The position numbers and the translations under genes were made by a program. From positions 1 to 47,447 of the forward strand of contig SKHH01000038.1 of assembly GCA_007117055.1 (NCBI GenBank): DNA of 47,447 bases. Reading direction: 5' to 3'. The DNA is from Lishizhenia sp. (lineage in GTDB: Bacteria; Bacteroidota; Bacteroidia; Flavobacteriales_D; Crocinitomicaceae). How positions within the stretch are numbered: the first letter of the stretch is position 1; each line of letters starts with the position of its first letter. Under the pieces are notes generated by a model, which saw nothing but the letters and a program-made list of their open reading frames with translations, was not told the origin of the DNA and made no database searches. Positions 8,281 to 15,779 of the stretch are shown here, one piece after another.

Positions 8281-8311
8281 TTTGGATTTGGTTTAGAATT
8301 TTATAATTTTG
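8281..8311 (+). promoter_or_regulatory. host-type (Bacteroidota sigma-A-like) promoter for the tRNA island
   Basis: TTTG at 8281..8284, 19-nt spacer, TAATTTTG (TAnnTTTG) at 8304..8311. First tRNA starts at 8325. Confidence 0.45.
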
Positions 8312-8324
8312 CATTATATATTAT

Positions 8325-8396
8325 TGCGCGGTGGAGAAGTGGTATCTCGTTAGGTTCATATTCTAAAGTTCGGCGGTTCGAATCCGTCCTGCGCTA
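8325..8396 (+). tRNA. tRNA with CAU anticodon (Met or lysidine-Ile)
   Basis: Hand-folded cloverleaf. D stem gaga/tctc; anticodon stem ttagg/tctaa; loop ttCATat; T arm ggcgg-ttcgaat-ccgtc; acceptor tgcgcgg/ctgcgct with a U1.U72 mismatch. Confidence 0.7.
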
Positions 8397-8516
8397 CGAA
8401 GTCAAAAGACAAAAAAAGAAGTAATGAACTACGTTATTAGCATGATTGAACAGGAACGTGAAGAGGAAGCTCTTCTGTCTGGTCGTGCTATGTAATTAAT
8501 TTAAGATTTACAGAGA

Positions 8517-8545
8517 AGCTCGACCAAGTTGGTCGGGCTTTTTTG
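8517..8545 (+). terminator. rho-independent terminator (plus strand)
   Basis: agctcgaccaa/ttggtcgggct hairpin followed by T6. Confidence 0.6.
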
Positions 8546-8558
8546 TTGCCGTTAATAT

Positions 8559-8630
8559 GCTGCAGTAGCTTAAAGGTAGAGTCGGAGTTTTTCAAACTCT
8601 TGGGTGTGGGTTCGATTCCCATCTGCAGTA
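8559..8630 (+). tRNA. tRNA, anticodon UUC (reads Glu GAA), non-canonical body
   Basis: Acceptor gctgcag/ctgcagt; D arm gctt-aaaggta-gagt; anticodon arm ggagt-ttTTCaa-actct; T arm gtggg-ttcgatt-cccat. Confidence 0.7.
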
Positions 8631-8647
8631 CTAAATTTGTTATTTTA

Positions 8648-8721
8648 CGCCCCATCGTCTAGTTGGCCTAGGACGGTGCCCTTTCACGGCATTAACACGG
8701 GTTCGAATCCCGTTGGGGTGA
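8648..8721 (+). tRNA. tRNA-Glu (UUC), canonical bacterial Glu-type body
   Basis: cgcccca-tc-gtct-agttggccta-ggac-g-gtgcc-ctTTCac-ggcat-taac-acggg-ttcgaat-cccgt-tggggtg-a. Closely resembles the E. coli tRNA-Glu layout. Confidence 0.85.
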
Positions 8722-8731
8722 CTTATTAAAA

Positions 8732-8803
8732 GCTGCAGTAGCTTAAAGGTAGAGTCCTTCCTTCTCACGGAAGTGGGTGACGGTTCGAATCCGTTCTGCA
8801 GTT
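8732..8803 (+). tRNA. tRNA, anticodon CUC (reads Glu GAG), paralogue of 8559..8630
   Basis: Same acceptor and D arm as 8559..8630. Anticodon arm cttcc-ttCTCac-ggaag; T arm gacgg-ttcgaat-ccgtt. Confidence 0.7.
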
Positions 8804-9172
8804 CTATTCTTGCAGTTCATCTGCATTTACAAGAACGGTGTCCAAATCTAATATTGGAAGGCGGTCAATTTGAATAATACTAATTTCAAAAATTCCTGCG
8901 TTTTCTAGGAATACTTGCAAAGAACCGCTGATGTGTCGAATTGCGCTGATGTGTCGAATTGCAAGGTCTGCAAAATTGAAATCGCAAGCGGAGTTTTCCC
9001 ATGCTTCTTTTCCTTCTGGGGTTTTCTTTACCCAGTTGGTAAGAGTTGTTTTTAGGGAGTTAACGACAGAATTGGCATCTTCATGTTGAGATGATACTTC
9101 ACAAGTGTATATCATTATAACGTTTTCTTCTGAATTTCGTCGTTCTGCGATAAAGGAAATCTCTTTTGCCAT
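8804..9172 (-). CDS. hypothetical protein with in-frame 18-bp tandem duplication
   Basis: ORF track. AIRHISAIRHIS is encoded by the perfect repeat 8927..8962. Motif about 9194 upstream. Confidence 0.7.
   Translation of the reverse strand: MAKEISFIAERRNSEENVIMIYTCEVSSQHEDANSVVNSLKTTLTNWVKKTPEGKEAWENSACDFNFADLAIRHISAIRHISGSLQVFLENAGIFEISIIQIDRLPILDLDTVLVNADELQE
8927..8962. repeat. perfect 18-bp tandem duplication (2 copies)
   Basis: gctgatgtgtcgaattgc occurs twice, at 8927..8944 and 8945..8962. Confidence 0.95.
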
Positions 9173-9223
9173 TGTATTGTGATTTGTGCTACAAATGAGT
9201 TTTTAGGGAGAGTTTAGTGGGTT

Positions 9224-9817
9224 TTAAGATTCTTCTTCATCTTCTATTGATAGAAGTTTAAAGAATCTTTTAACTGCTCTTTCTGCTATTTTCTTCGCTT
9301 CTTCTATAGATTCATGTTTTCCTAAGTCGCTTTTAATCGCAGGGAGAAAACAGGTTGCTTGATAGCGTTTTGTTTCTCCCCTTGAAACGAATGCACTATA
9401 AAATACGGAAGCAACTTTTACTTTGCCAATGTATAGTTTATTGTCTTTCCATTTCAATATGCCGTTATCTTCATTGACAATTTCGACCCCTTCTTCTAAG
9501 TTTGTTCCATCCAAATCAATGGATGCTGGTCGAACAATAACTTCTCCGAATTTTGTGTAATACACTCCAGAGGGAACAATACGCTCTTTAAAGTCATCAA
9601 AGTCAGTGCTACTGATTCGTTCTTCTGACTCTAATTTTCCCACTGTTACCCAATCAAAGACGATAATGCCTTCATTTTCTCGAACGTCTTGAATAGCATC
9701 GTTATCTTGACGAGCTAGTTTAATTGCTTGTTCAACATCTTCTGCAAGTCCAATAAATCGTTCACTGCTTTGTGATTGATGTATGTCGGTGTGAGTTATT
9801 TTTACTAATCGTTTCAT
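9224..9817 (-). CDS. hypothetical protein (C-terminal domain shared with 9853..10101)
   Basis: ORF track. Motif-flanked. C-terminus is KWKDNKLYIGKVKVASVFYSAFVSRGETKRYQATCFLPAIKSDLG... Confidence 0.7.
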   Translation of the reverse strand: MKRLVKITHTDIHQSQSSERFIGLAEDVEQAIKLARQDNDAIQDVRENEGIIVFDWVTVGKLESEERISSTDFDDFKERIVPSGVYYTKFGEVIVRPASIDLDGTNLEEGVEIVNEDNGILKWKDNKLYIGKVKVASVFYSAFVSRGETKRYQATCFLPAIKSDLGKHESIEEAKKIAERAVKRFFKLLSIEDEEES

Positions 9818-9852
9818 GACTTCAATGAGTTTTTAGGGAGAGTTTGGTGGAT

Positions 9853-10101
9853 TTAATCTTCTATTGATAGAAGTTTTAAAAATCGATTTACTCCTGTTTC
9901 TACTTGAGTTTTAGCTGCATCTTTGGTTTCAAACCTACCCAAATCACTTTTAATTCCAGGGAGAAAGCAAGTTGCCTGGTATTTTTTAGGGTCTTCTCTT
10001 GAAATGAAAGATGAATAATGCACTGAACCAACTTTTATTTTGCCGACATACAGTACATCGTCTTTCCATTTTAAGGGAGATATAGAGATATTTTGTTTCA
10101 T
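9853..10101 (-). CDS. hypothetical protein, tandem paralogue of the 9224..9817 C-terminus
   Basis: KWKDDVLYVGKIKVGSVHYSSFISREDPKKYQATCFLPGIKSDLG. Confidence 0.7.
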   Translation of the reverse strand: MKQNISISPLKWKDDVLYVGKIKVGSVHYSSFISREDPKKYQATCFLPGIKSDLGRFETKDAAKTQVETGVNRFLKLLSIED

Positions 10102-10141
10102 ATTTTCAAGTGTCAGTAAATTTGTTGTTTATATGATGTAG

Positions 10142-10176
10142 CAAAAATTACATTCATAAAGCCTTTTAGATGAATG
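10142..10176 (-). terminator. rho-independent terminator
   Basis: cattcat/atgaatg hairpin at 10151..10176, then TAATTTTTG on the minus strand. Begins 3 nt after the stop of 10179..10415. Confidence 0.5.
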
Positions 10177-10178
10177 GT

Positions 10179-10415
10179 TTACTCAATTAAATCATTAGAT
10201 ACACAAAAATGTATATCTCCTGTTACCATTACATCAGAGTGTGATATGGGAGAGTTTTGACATTGGTCAACGGTTATCTTTCCTGAGCATTTAATTCGGA
10301 AGATAGTTCCTCCATCAGGACTTTGAACCCACATAGTATTTCCTCCAACATTAAACTCTAAGACAGCTGCCTTGATTTGAAGACGTTCGCCTTGTTCAAA
10401 AGTATTGTTTTCCAT
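10179..10415 (-). CDS. hypothetical protein
   Basis: ORF track. Degenerate motif copy near 10420..10458. Confidence 0.6.
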   Translation of the reverse strand: MENNTFEQGERLQIKAAVLEFNVGGNTMWVQSPDGGTIFRIKCSGKITVDQCQNSPISHSDVMVTGDIHFCVSNDLIE

Positions 10416-10475
10416 GTTATTAAAGTGATTTTAAAGAGATTGTTCGGTGGATTTTAGAATCGAATGATTCATAGA

Positions 10476-10688
10476 TTAATCAGCAGAACCTGTTCGCTCT
10501 GAGTGATAGATACTTCCAACAGTAACTTGAACGCCTTCTTCTGGATTCCATTGGTCTACATCTTTCTCTGTCACTTTTTCGCAGAAATTCTGAACCTCAT
10601 CTTGAGAGAGTTCGCGACTGGATGTAATGTAAATGGTGCGATGTTGAGTTTCAACACGTGTTCCTTGGTATGAATGAGAATGTGTCAT
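10476..10688 (-). CDS. hypothetical protein
   Basis: ORF track. Start overlaps the stop of 10688..10933 (TAATG). Confidence 0.6.
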   Translation of the reverse strand: MTHSHSYQGTRVETQHRTIYITSSRELSQDEVQNFCEKVTEKDVDQWNPEEGVQVTVGSIYHSERTGSAD

Positions 10689-10933
10689 TATGCTTGAAAT
10701 TTAGGGTTTGGGTTTTTGATTATATTAAAATCTGAATAAAACACCTTAATAAGTTTCTCGCGGGTGTCTATAAACCCATCTTCTACACCTTCACGGGGAA
10801 CGACTCGCATAGGAAGTCTGTAAGTGCAAGACACAAAACTTTGTCCTTTGTCGTGATTTTGACAGTGATTAGTGGTGAAGAACATTTCTTTTGTTTCTTC
10901 GTTGCTGATTGTTATAATTGTTGTTTCTTTCAT
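10688..10933 (-). CDS. hypothetical protein
   Basis: ORF track. Variant motif 10940..10974 upstream. Confidence 0.65.
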   Translation of the reverse strand: MKETTIITISNEETKEMFFTTNHCQNHDKGQSFVSCTYRLPMRVVPREGVEDGFIDTREKLIKVFYSDFNIIKNPNPKFQA

Positions 10934-10939
10934 GTGGTT

Positions 10940-10974
10940 AATGAGTTTCAGTAACAGGTTTAATGGGTTTTAAG
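10940..10974 (-). promoter_or_regulatory. intergenic motif copy, variant class (..GGTTTAATGGGTTTTAAG)
   Basis: aatgagtttcagtaacaggtttaatgggttttaag, 6 nt from ATG 10933. Confidence 0.6.
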
Positions 10975-10976
10975 AC

Positions 10977-11015
10977 AAAAAAAAATCACACATCCATAAA
11001 AATGTATGATTTGTG
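10977..11015 (-). terminator. rho-independent terminator
   Basis: cacacatc/gatttgtg hairpin followed by T9 on the minus strand. Confidence 0.55.
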
Positions 11016-11101
11016 TTCGTAAATGTTGTATACACCCAAATTTTGTCTATTGATTTTGCTGGTCTTACAGATATACAATGTACTTACCGTTGTGTGTAAT
11101 A

Positions 11102-11278
11102 CTATTTTACCTTGTCATAGTAAGTGTGGAAATTTCTACTTTCCATTACTTTAGATATTTCATCATTCTCACCTTTGAACACAACGAATGTCATCCCAAT
11201 AGTTTTTTCGCAAATCCCAGTAGCAATCATATCAGATACGATTACCTCTTTTTTTGTCATTACATTTTGATATTTCAT
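11102..11278 (-). CDS. hypothetical 58-aa protein (not in ORF track)
   Basis: Hand translation MKYQNVMTKKEVIVSDMIATGICEKTIGMTFVVFKGENDEISKVMESRNFHTYYDKVK*. AGTACTACAC element 19 nt upstream. The plus ORF 11078..11287 is its shadow. Confidence 0.5.
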   Translation of the reverse strand: MKYQNVMTKKEVIVSDMIATGICEKTIGMTFVVFKGENDEISKVMESRNFHTYYDKVK

Positions 11279-11378
11279 TTAATTTAGTATTAAAACCAGT
11301 ACTACACTCGTCCGTTATCGGTAAGTTTCCTCGCTAACAAATGATAAACAACATTAAACGATTGTTTATCATCAGCCG

Positions 11379-11576
11379 TTATAGGGCATTTATAAACCCC
11401 AAATAAACAGACCACCAATAAACTTGAAAAAAGAAACTTGGATAAAACACCCACCATTGAGTAGGTGAAAGCCATCTGTAGCTTGGTAACGAAAGCGTGT
11501 TCTTGCCAAACATTGTTACTATCACCAACAAGTTTAATATGGTAATTCCGAATGTGAAAATAAATAAGTATGTCAT
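11379..11576 (-). CDS. small membrane protein (2 predicted TM segments)
   Basis: ORF track. Hydrophobic segments LFIFTFGITILNLLVIVTMF and WWVFYPSFFFQVYWWSVYLGFI. Confidence 0.55.
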   Translation of the reverse strand: MTYLFIFTFGITILNLLVIVTMFGKNTLSLPSYRWLSPTQWWVFYPSFFFQVYWWSVYLGFINAL

Positions 11577-11621
11577 TTTGATTTAAATTAAAAACGCCCT
11601 ATCACATAAGCTATACAAAAG

Positions 11622-11870
11622 TTAGTAACAAACAACTTCCACAACTCCTATGGAATAACCTTGTCGTTCATCATCGTTCATTCCCTCAACATACAAAGTG
11701 TTTTTTTTGGAAGAGTCCACCCAGTTGAACAACTCTACACTGTTCAGGCAAAAATGCTCTGATATGGCTTGTTTTGCTTTTGTCAAAAAACGACCGTCAT
11801 CCAGTCCTTCTGTTTGAACTGCAGCAACAATAACGCCTTCATCATTATCAGTTAAAATAAATGTCTTCAT
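11622..11870 (-). CDS. hypothetical protein
   Basis: ORF track. Motif copy near 11921, about 50 nt upstream. Confidence 0.65.
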   Translation of the reverse strand: MKTFILTDNDEGVIVAAVQTEGLDDGRFLTKAKQAISEHFCLNSVELFNWVDSSKKNTLYVEGMNDDERQGYSIGVVEVVCY

Positions 11871-11953
11871 GGTCTATGTGTTTAATATGAACAAAAAACG
11901 GTTCTTCTTATTAGTTCGAGGGCAATGAGTGCTGAAATTTGGTTTGGTGGAGT

Positions 11954-12340
11954 TTACCCCAGCTCTTTTATGGCCTCAAGAATAACAGGCATTCGTTGGT
12001 CATATTTTAAAACTCGACGACGAGGATAGTCATCTGACTTCCCAAGTTTTTGACAAACCAATTCAGAAAGGGCATTGAGTTTTTCTTCCTCATTTTCGTC
12101 TGTCCAACTTTCTGGAAGTTCTACAATAATGTAGAGAGTCCCACAATTTCCATTTTCACCCAATAAAACCCCGTTGCGGAATCCTAGAAGTGTGTGGTTG
12201 AGGTTCATTTTTGCAGTTCGATTTCCAGAAAACTCTGGTATCCAAAGCGTATTACAAGTTCCTTTTGGATTTGACACTCGTCCTCGATTTGGGCCTTGTA
12301 TGCCCAATAGGGATGTGTAGTAATGTTCTAATTGATTCAT
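11954..12340 (-). CDS. hypothetical protein
   Basis: ORF track. Motif near 12347 upstream. Confidence 0.7.
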   Translation of the reverse strand: MNQLEHYYTSLLGIQGPNRGRVSNPKGTCNTLWIPEFSGNRTAKMNLNHTLLGFRNGVLLGENGNCGTLYIIVELPESWTDENEEEKLNALSELVCQKLGKSDDYPRRRVLKYDQRMPVILEAIKELG

Positions 12341-12433
12341 GTCTAAAATGAGTTGTGTTTTTGTGTTTGGTGGAGTTTAGAAACTTAAAATATCGTTAAT
12401 AAACTTTTTTACAACAATTGAAATTGTACCACC

Positions 12434-12661
12434 CTACAATGCTTTTTTCCAGTCATCGTATTGTTTTTGGGTATAGGTTTCATCCGAAGGGTCATAACAA
12501 CCTACTGCTTCTTGAATCTCATTAGGATTTGCTTCCAGAAAAGCGATTCGACGACGAAGACCTTCTAAAATTTCTTCATTTGTTGCTTCTCCATTAGGAT
12601 TTTCACTCATTACTAAAAAACCTAAATCAAAAGCGTGTTGGTAGTATTTTTTATCAGACAT
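12434..12661 (-). CDS. hypothetical protein
   Basis: ORF track. Motif near 12679 upstream. Confidence 0.7.
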   Translation of the reverse strand: MSDKKYYQHAFDLGFLVMSENPNGEATNEEILEGLRRRIAFLEANPNEIQEAVGCYDPSDETYTQKQYDDWKKAL

Positions 12662-12760
12662 AATTTATAGATTTGTCAACAATGAGTTATTAGGGAGAGT
12701 TTGGTGGGTTTAAATTTACAAATCAAACTAAATAGGTGCTATACTGTAGCGCCAAGCGAG

Positions 12761-13102
12761 TTAGCTGCAATTACTAAAAGCATCGTGCAACTTTTTGACT
12801 TTATCTCGACAAATACCAACAGCTTTTTCTGCGGCTTCTTGTGCTGATAACCCTTCTCCTAAATATTTGGTATCAAATCCTAATTCGTAACAATGAAAAA
12901 CCCAAGCAGGTTTATAGTATGCGTGTCCACAAGTTATTGATATTCTACATTCACCAGCTTTTGTACTAAAACCCGTTGGTATTTTTTCTTGGGCATTTCT
13001 GCCATATGAAGTGCTATCTTTCCAAACCAAACCAGCAGCTAACAAGTGTTTTGCAAAAGCAAGGCAGCTTTCTTGTAATTGAGTTTTTTGTTCCATATTC
13101 AA
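12761..13102 (-). CDS. hypothetical protein
   Basis: ORF track. No motif copy upstream. Confidence 0.65.
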   Translation of the reverse strand: MNMEQKTQLQESCLAFAKHLLAAGLVWKDSTSYGRNAQEKIPTGFSTKAGECRISITCGHAYYKPAWVFHCYELGFDTKYLGEGLSAQEAAEKAVGICRDKVKKLHDAFSNCS

Positions 13103-13161
13103 TTTGATTTTTTAATTCAACATTTGTTTTTCAAATCCTTGCCTTGCATATAGAGATGAGG

Positions 13162-13410
13162 TTAATCATCCATCTTTCCTGTAAACATTTTCAACCAGCG
13201 TTTTGATACTTCTCTATAGATATTTGTTTCTGCAATATGCAAAGCACTAGCAACATCTAACTTAAACTCTTCTGCAATTTCTTTTGCATGGTCGCGTGTA
13301 CCAGAGGGAGATGCTAAAATTCCCGTTTGTTGCCATTGGTTAATTTCTTGCAACATTTGAGCCAGCTGTTCATCTGACTTATCATGAATAAATTTCTCTA
13401 CTTTTCCCAT
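13162..13410 (-). CDS. hypothetical protein
   Basis: ORF track. Motif 13444..13477 upstream. Confidence 0.7.
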   Translation of the reverse strand: MGKVEKFIHDKSDEQLAQMLQEINQWQQTGILASPSGTRDHAKEIAEEFKLDVASALHIAETNIYREVSKRWLKMFTGKMDD

Positions 13411-13443
13411 CGGATATTTCTTTAAGTTTCTTTTCTATGTTTA

Positions 13444-13477
13444 CAATGAGTTATTAGGGAGAGTTTTGTGGGTTTAA
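13444..13477 (-). promoter_or_regulatory. intergenic motif copy
   Basis: caatgagttattagggagagttttgtgggtttaa. Confidence 0.65.
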
Positions 13478-13487
13478 AAAAAAGAAA

Positions 13488-13595
13488 GAAAGTAGACAGC
13501 CTGACTCAGGAGTATTTTACATGATTGCTACGCAACCACAACCTATCTACATACCAGACAGCAACCCTTTAGACCGTAAGTTGGTATCTACTTTC
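13488..13595 (-). other. ORF-free structured element closed by an 11-bp helix
   Basis: gaaagtagaca (13488..13498) pairs with tatctactttc (13585..13595). The single mismatch is G.U only on the minus-sense RNA. A U-rich tract follows on the minus strand. Confidence 0.4.
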
Positions 13596-13599
13596 AAGT

Positions 13600-13989
13600 T
13601 TATTTATTGCCTTGGTCTGAAATTTTTTGCAAGTTATCAATAAGTTCTGTATATTCAGTTAATTCTCCAATAGGAAATCCAATTCTCCAAATTTCTGTGC
13701 CTCTTCGGTAATTTACAACAGTTTTTAAAGAACCATTGCCATACCATGTTATTTCCAAACCATGCTTTTCCCCTTTTATGTAATTGATGACAGTGTCTTT
13801 AGTTCCTTCTTTATTCCACCACGTAGCTTGTCCATGCCGTTTTCCTTCATAAAAAGGAATGATACATTGTTTATTCCCGTTGGTATGCCACCAATATTGA
13901 GTCCCATGTTTCAACCCGTCTATAAAAGACGTTTCCTTTCTTTTTGCGCCATTTGACCAATGTTCTGTTTTCACTTCTTTGTTTCCCAT
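13600..13989 (-). CDS. MORN-repeat (YwqK-like) protein
   Basis: Repeats WHTNGNKQCIIPFYEGKRHGQATWWNKEGTKDTVINYIKGEKHGLEITWYGNGSLK. Motif 13996..14030 upstream. Confidence 0.85.
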   Translation of the reverse strand: MGNKEVKTEHWSNGAKRKETSFIDGLKHGTQYWWHTNGNKQCIIPFYEGKRHGQATWWNKEGTKDTVINYIKGEKHGLEITWYGNGSLKTVVNYRRGTEIWRIGFPIGELTEYTELIDNLQKISDQGNK

Positions 13990-13995
13990 GTTTTT

Positions 13996-14030
13996 AATGA
14001 GTATATAACAAGATTTTGGTGGATTTTAAA
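13996..14030 (-). promoter_or_regulatory. intergenic motif copy
   Basis: aatgagtatataacaagattttggtggattttaaa, 6 nt from ATG 13989. Confidence 0.65.
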
Positions 14031-14090
14031 GACACATTTTAATGCGTGTATATAGTTTGCTAATATTGATTCACAAAACTTACACACAAA

Positions 14091-14300
14091 TCAATGAGTA
14101 TCAAGGGAGAGTTTGGTGGGTTTTGCTTCCTTCACAATGAAGGGAGAGGAAACTTTTACTTCATAATTATGAATTCGCTTGATTTCCTGGGCCACCCATT
14201 CAGCTTTTGGTTGCATTAACCGACAAAACCCTTTTTCTATCACTTCAACGCCAATGGAATACATGGCGTTAAAATGAATACGTTGTTTAATTGATGTCAT
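14091..14300 (-). CDS. hypothetical protein
   Basis: ORF track. The last 10 codons (KPTKLSLDTH) are the motif read in frame. Confidence 0.6.
   Translation of the reverse strand: MTSIKQRIHFNAMYSIGVEVIEKGFCRLMQPKAEWVAQEIKRIHNYEVKVSSPFIVKEAKPTKLSLDTH
14092..14125 (-). promoter_or_regulatory. intergenic motif copy (tandem with 13996..14030, no ORF between)
   Basis: caatgagtatcaagggagagtttggtgggttttg. Embedded in the 3' end of ORF 14091..14300. Confidence 0.6.
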
Positions 14301-14304
14301 AGGA

Positions 14305-14718
14305 TTAAATATTCACACTTGTTATCTCTGCAAAGATTCGAATTATTCCATGCATTTCAAGTATTTGTTCAGCTGATTCCATTATATCATCATCACCTTC
14401 CGCACTTTTAAAAGCAATTTCAATTTTTTCTATAGCTTGTTCAGCGCTTAAGTCATTAGCATCATATTGATATAAACCTACTGGTTCTCCTTCAGAATTA
14501 CACAGTTGAATTACTTTTAAATCTTGTTCATCTTCCAAAGACCAAGAACCAGAATAACATGTATCATCGAGTTCATAACTAAGCGTTCCACTGGTATAAC
14601 CCTCTTCAAGCATACTGTGGGCACGATTAAAGCCTTCTTCTTTTAAAAGCTCTTCATGTAGTGGGTTAATCTCTTCCTGAGAATCTATCCACCAATTGAT
14701 TTTAAGTTTCTTTTCCAT
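14305..14718 (-). CDS. hypothetical acidic protein (start corrected)
   Basis: Track start 14772 reads through the motif (NPPNSPLILIE). ATG MEKKLKINWW at 14718. Confidence 0.7.
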   Translation of the reverse strand: MEKKLKINWWIDSQEEINPLHEELLKEEGFNRAHSMLEEGYTSGTLSYELDDTCYSGSWSLEDEQDLKVIQLCNSEGEPVGLYQYDANDLSAEQAIEKIEIAFKSAEGDDDIMESAEQILEMHGIIRIFAEITSVNI

Positions 14719-14722
14719 GGCT

Positions 14723-15676
14723 TCAATGAGTATCAAGGGAGAGTTTGGTGGGTTTAACATTCTCTGAGGCATAATTAGCCAGAATGGTAGGTATCAAACG
14801 AATAAACTTTGTCAGGGAGTGCTTTATTAACATTGAACTCAAATAAATTCCTTTGTCAGTTGTGAGAATCGTTTCTTGGTTGTATAAAAATGAATGCTCC
14901 TTGCCATTTTGAATAAAGTGTACAAATATATTTCTTCGTTTTAACACCAAAGAATAACCCGCATATTGAAAACTTACAACATTTTCATCTTTTTTCTTAT
15001 TGCTTAATTTTCTAACAAGCGATTTTAAGGTGTCTTCAGGGAAGTTTGGCAACACAGGTGGTGTCCAGCCTTCCAAAATCTTTAAAGCTTCCAATTCAGC
15101 TTTAGAAAGCGTTTCTACCTTATAGTTACACCACACATAACCACGGTAGTTTGTAATAAGAGAGGATTTAACTCCATTATATCGAACGATATTTTCGTTG
15201 AAGTTTTTGCCTGCAGGTTCTGGGGTTTCTGGGTCAATTAAATTTGCTCCATTTGAGTTAACAGCATTTGAATTGTAGAAATAAGCTCCCAACAATTTAT
15301 CGGCTATCATTGATTCAACTCGTTTTCGGCTAATTTCAGGCAAAGTATCTTTGGTGTAGAAGTCTTTAAATTCTACTGGAATAACTGAAATAAGATTGCC
15401 GTAATCTGAGTGCTTGCAAACAAGATATTCAAAGGTCTTGTAATTCACAAAGAACTTAAAATGACCGTCTAAAACGTCATCTTTAGCATATGTTTTACCA
15501 TCATGGCTTGTTGGTAGCAAATTGTGAACAATGAAACAAAATACATTATCAGAAATGCGTTTTATGTTTCCTCTCCCACCTGAGCAAAAGACTTTTTGAC
15601 TTCCACCACCCCATGCAGAAAGACAGTGAAAAAATTTGCTTTCTAAAAATTCGGTATTGACTATTTGTTTTTCCAT
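14723..15676 (-). CDS. hypothetical protein (start corrected)
   Basis: Track start 15694 is a TTG inside motif block 2. ATG MEKQIVNTEF at 15676. Confidence 0.75.
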   Translation of the reverse strand: MEKQIVNTEFLESKFFHCLSAWGGGSQKVFCSGGRGNIKRISDNVFCFIVHNLLPTSHDGKTYAKDDVLDGHFKFFVNYKTFEYLVCKHSDYGNLISVIPVEFKDFYTKDTLPEISRKRVESMIADKLLGAYFYNSNAVNSNGANLIDPETPEPAGKNFNENIVRYNGVKSSLITNYRGYVWCNYKVETLSKAELEALKILEGWTPPVLPNFPEDTLKSLVRKLSNKKKDENVVSFQYAGYSLVLKRRNIFVHFIQNGKEHSFLYNQETILTTDKGIYLSSMLIKHSLTKFIRLIPTILANYASENVKPTKLSLDTH

Positions 15677-15779
15677 GTTGTCAATGAGTGTCAAAATAAG
15701 GTGTGGTGGATTTTAATCAATTGGAGGTTTTGGTAAATACACCCAGTGAGTTACAGTAGATGGAAAGTCTTTGTTTTAC

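Noticed and set aside
8325-8396. CAU tRNA as an initiator tRNA because of the 1:72 mismatch
   Set aside because: The anticodon stem (ttagg/tctaa) lacks the three consecutive G-C pairs typical of bacterial initiators, and the mismatch is U.U rather than C.A. I left it as Met or Ile (lysidine), undecided.
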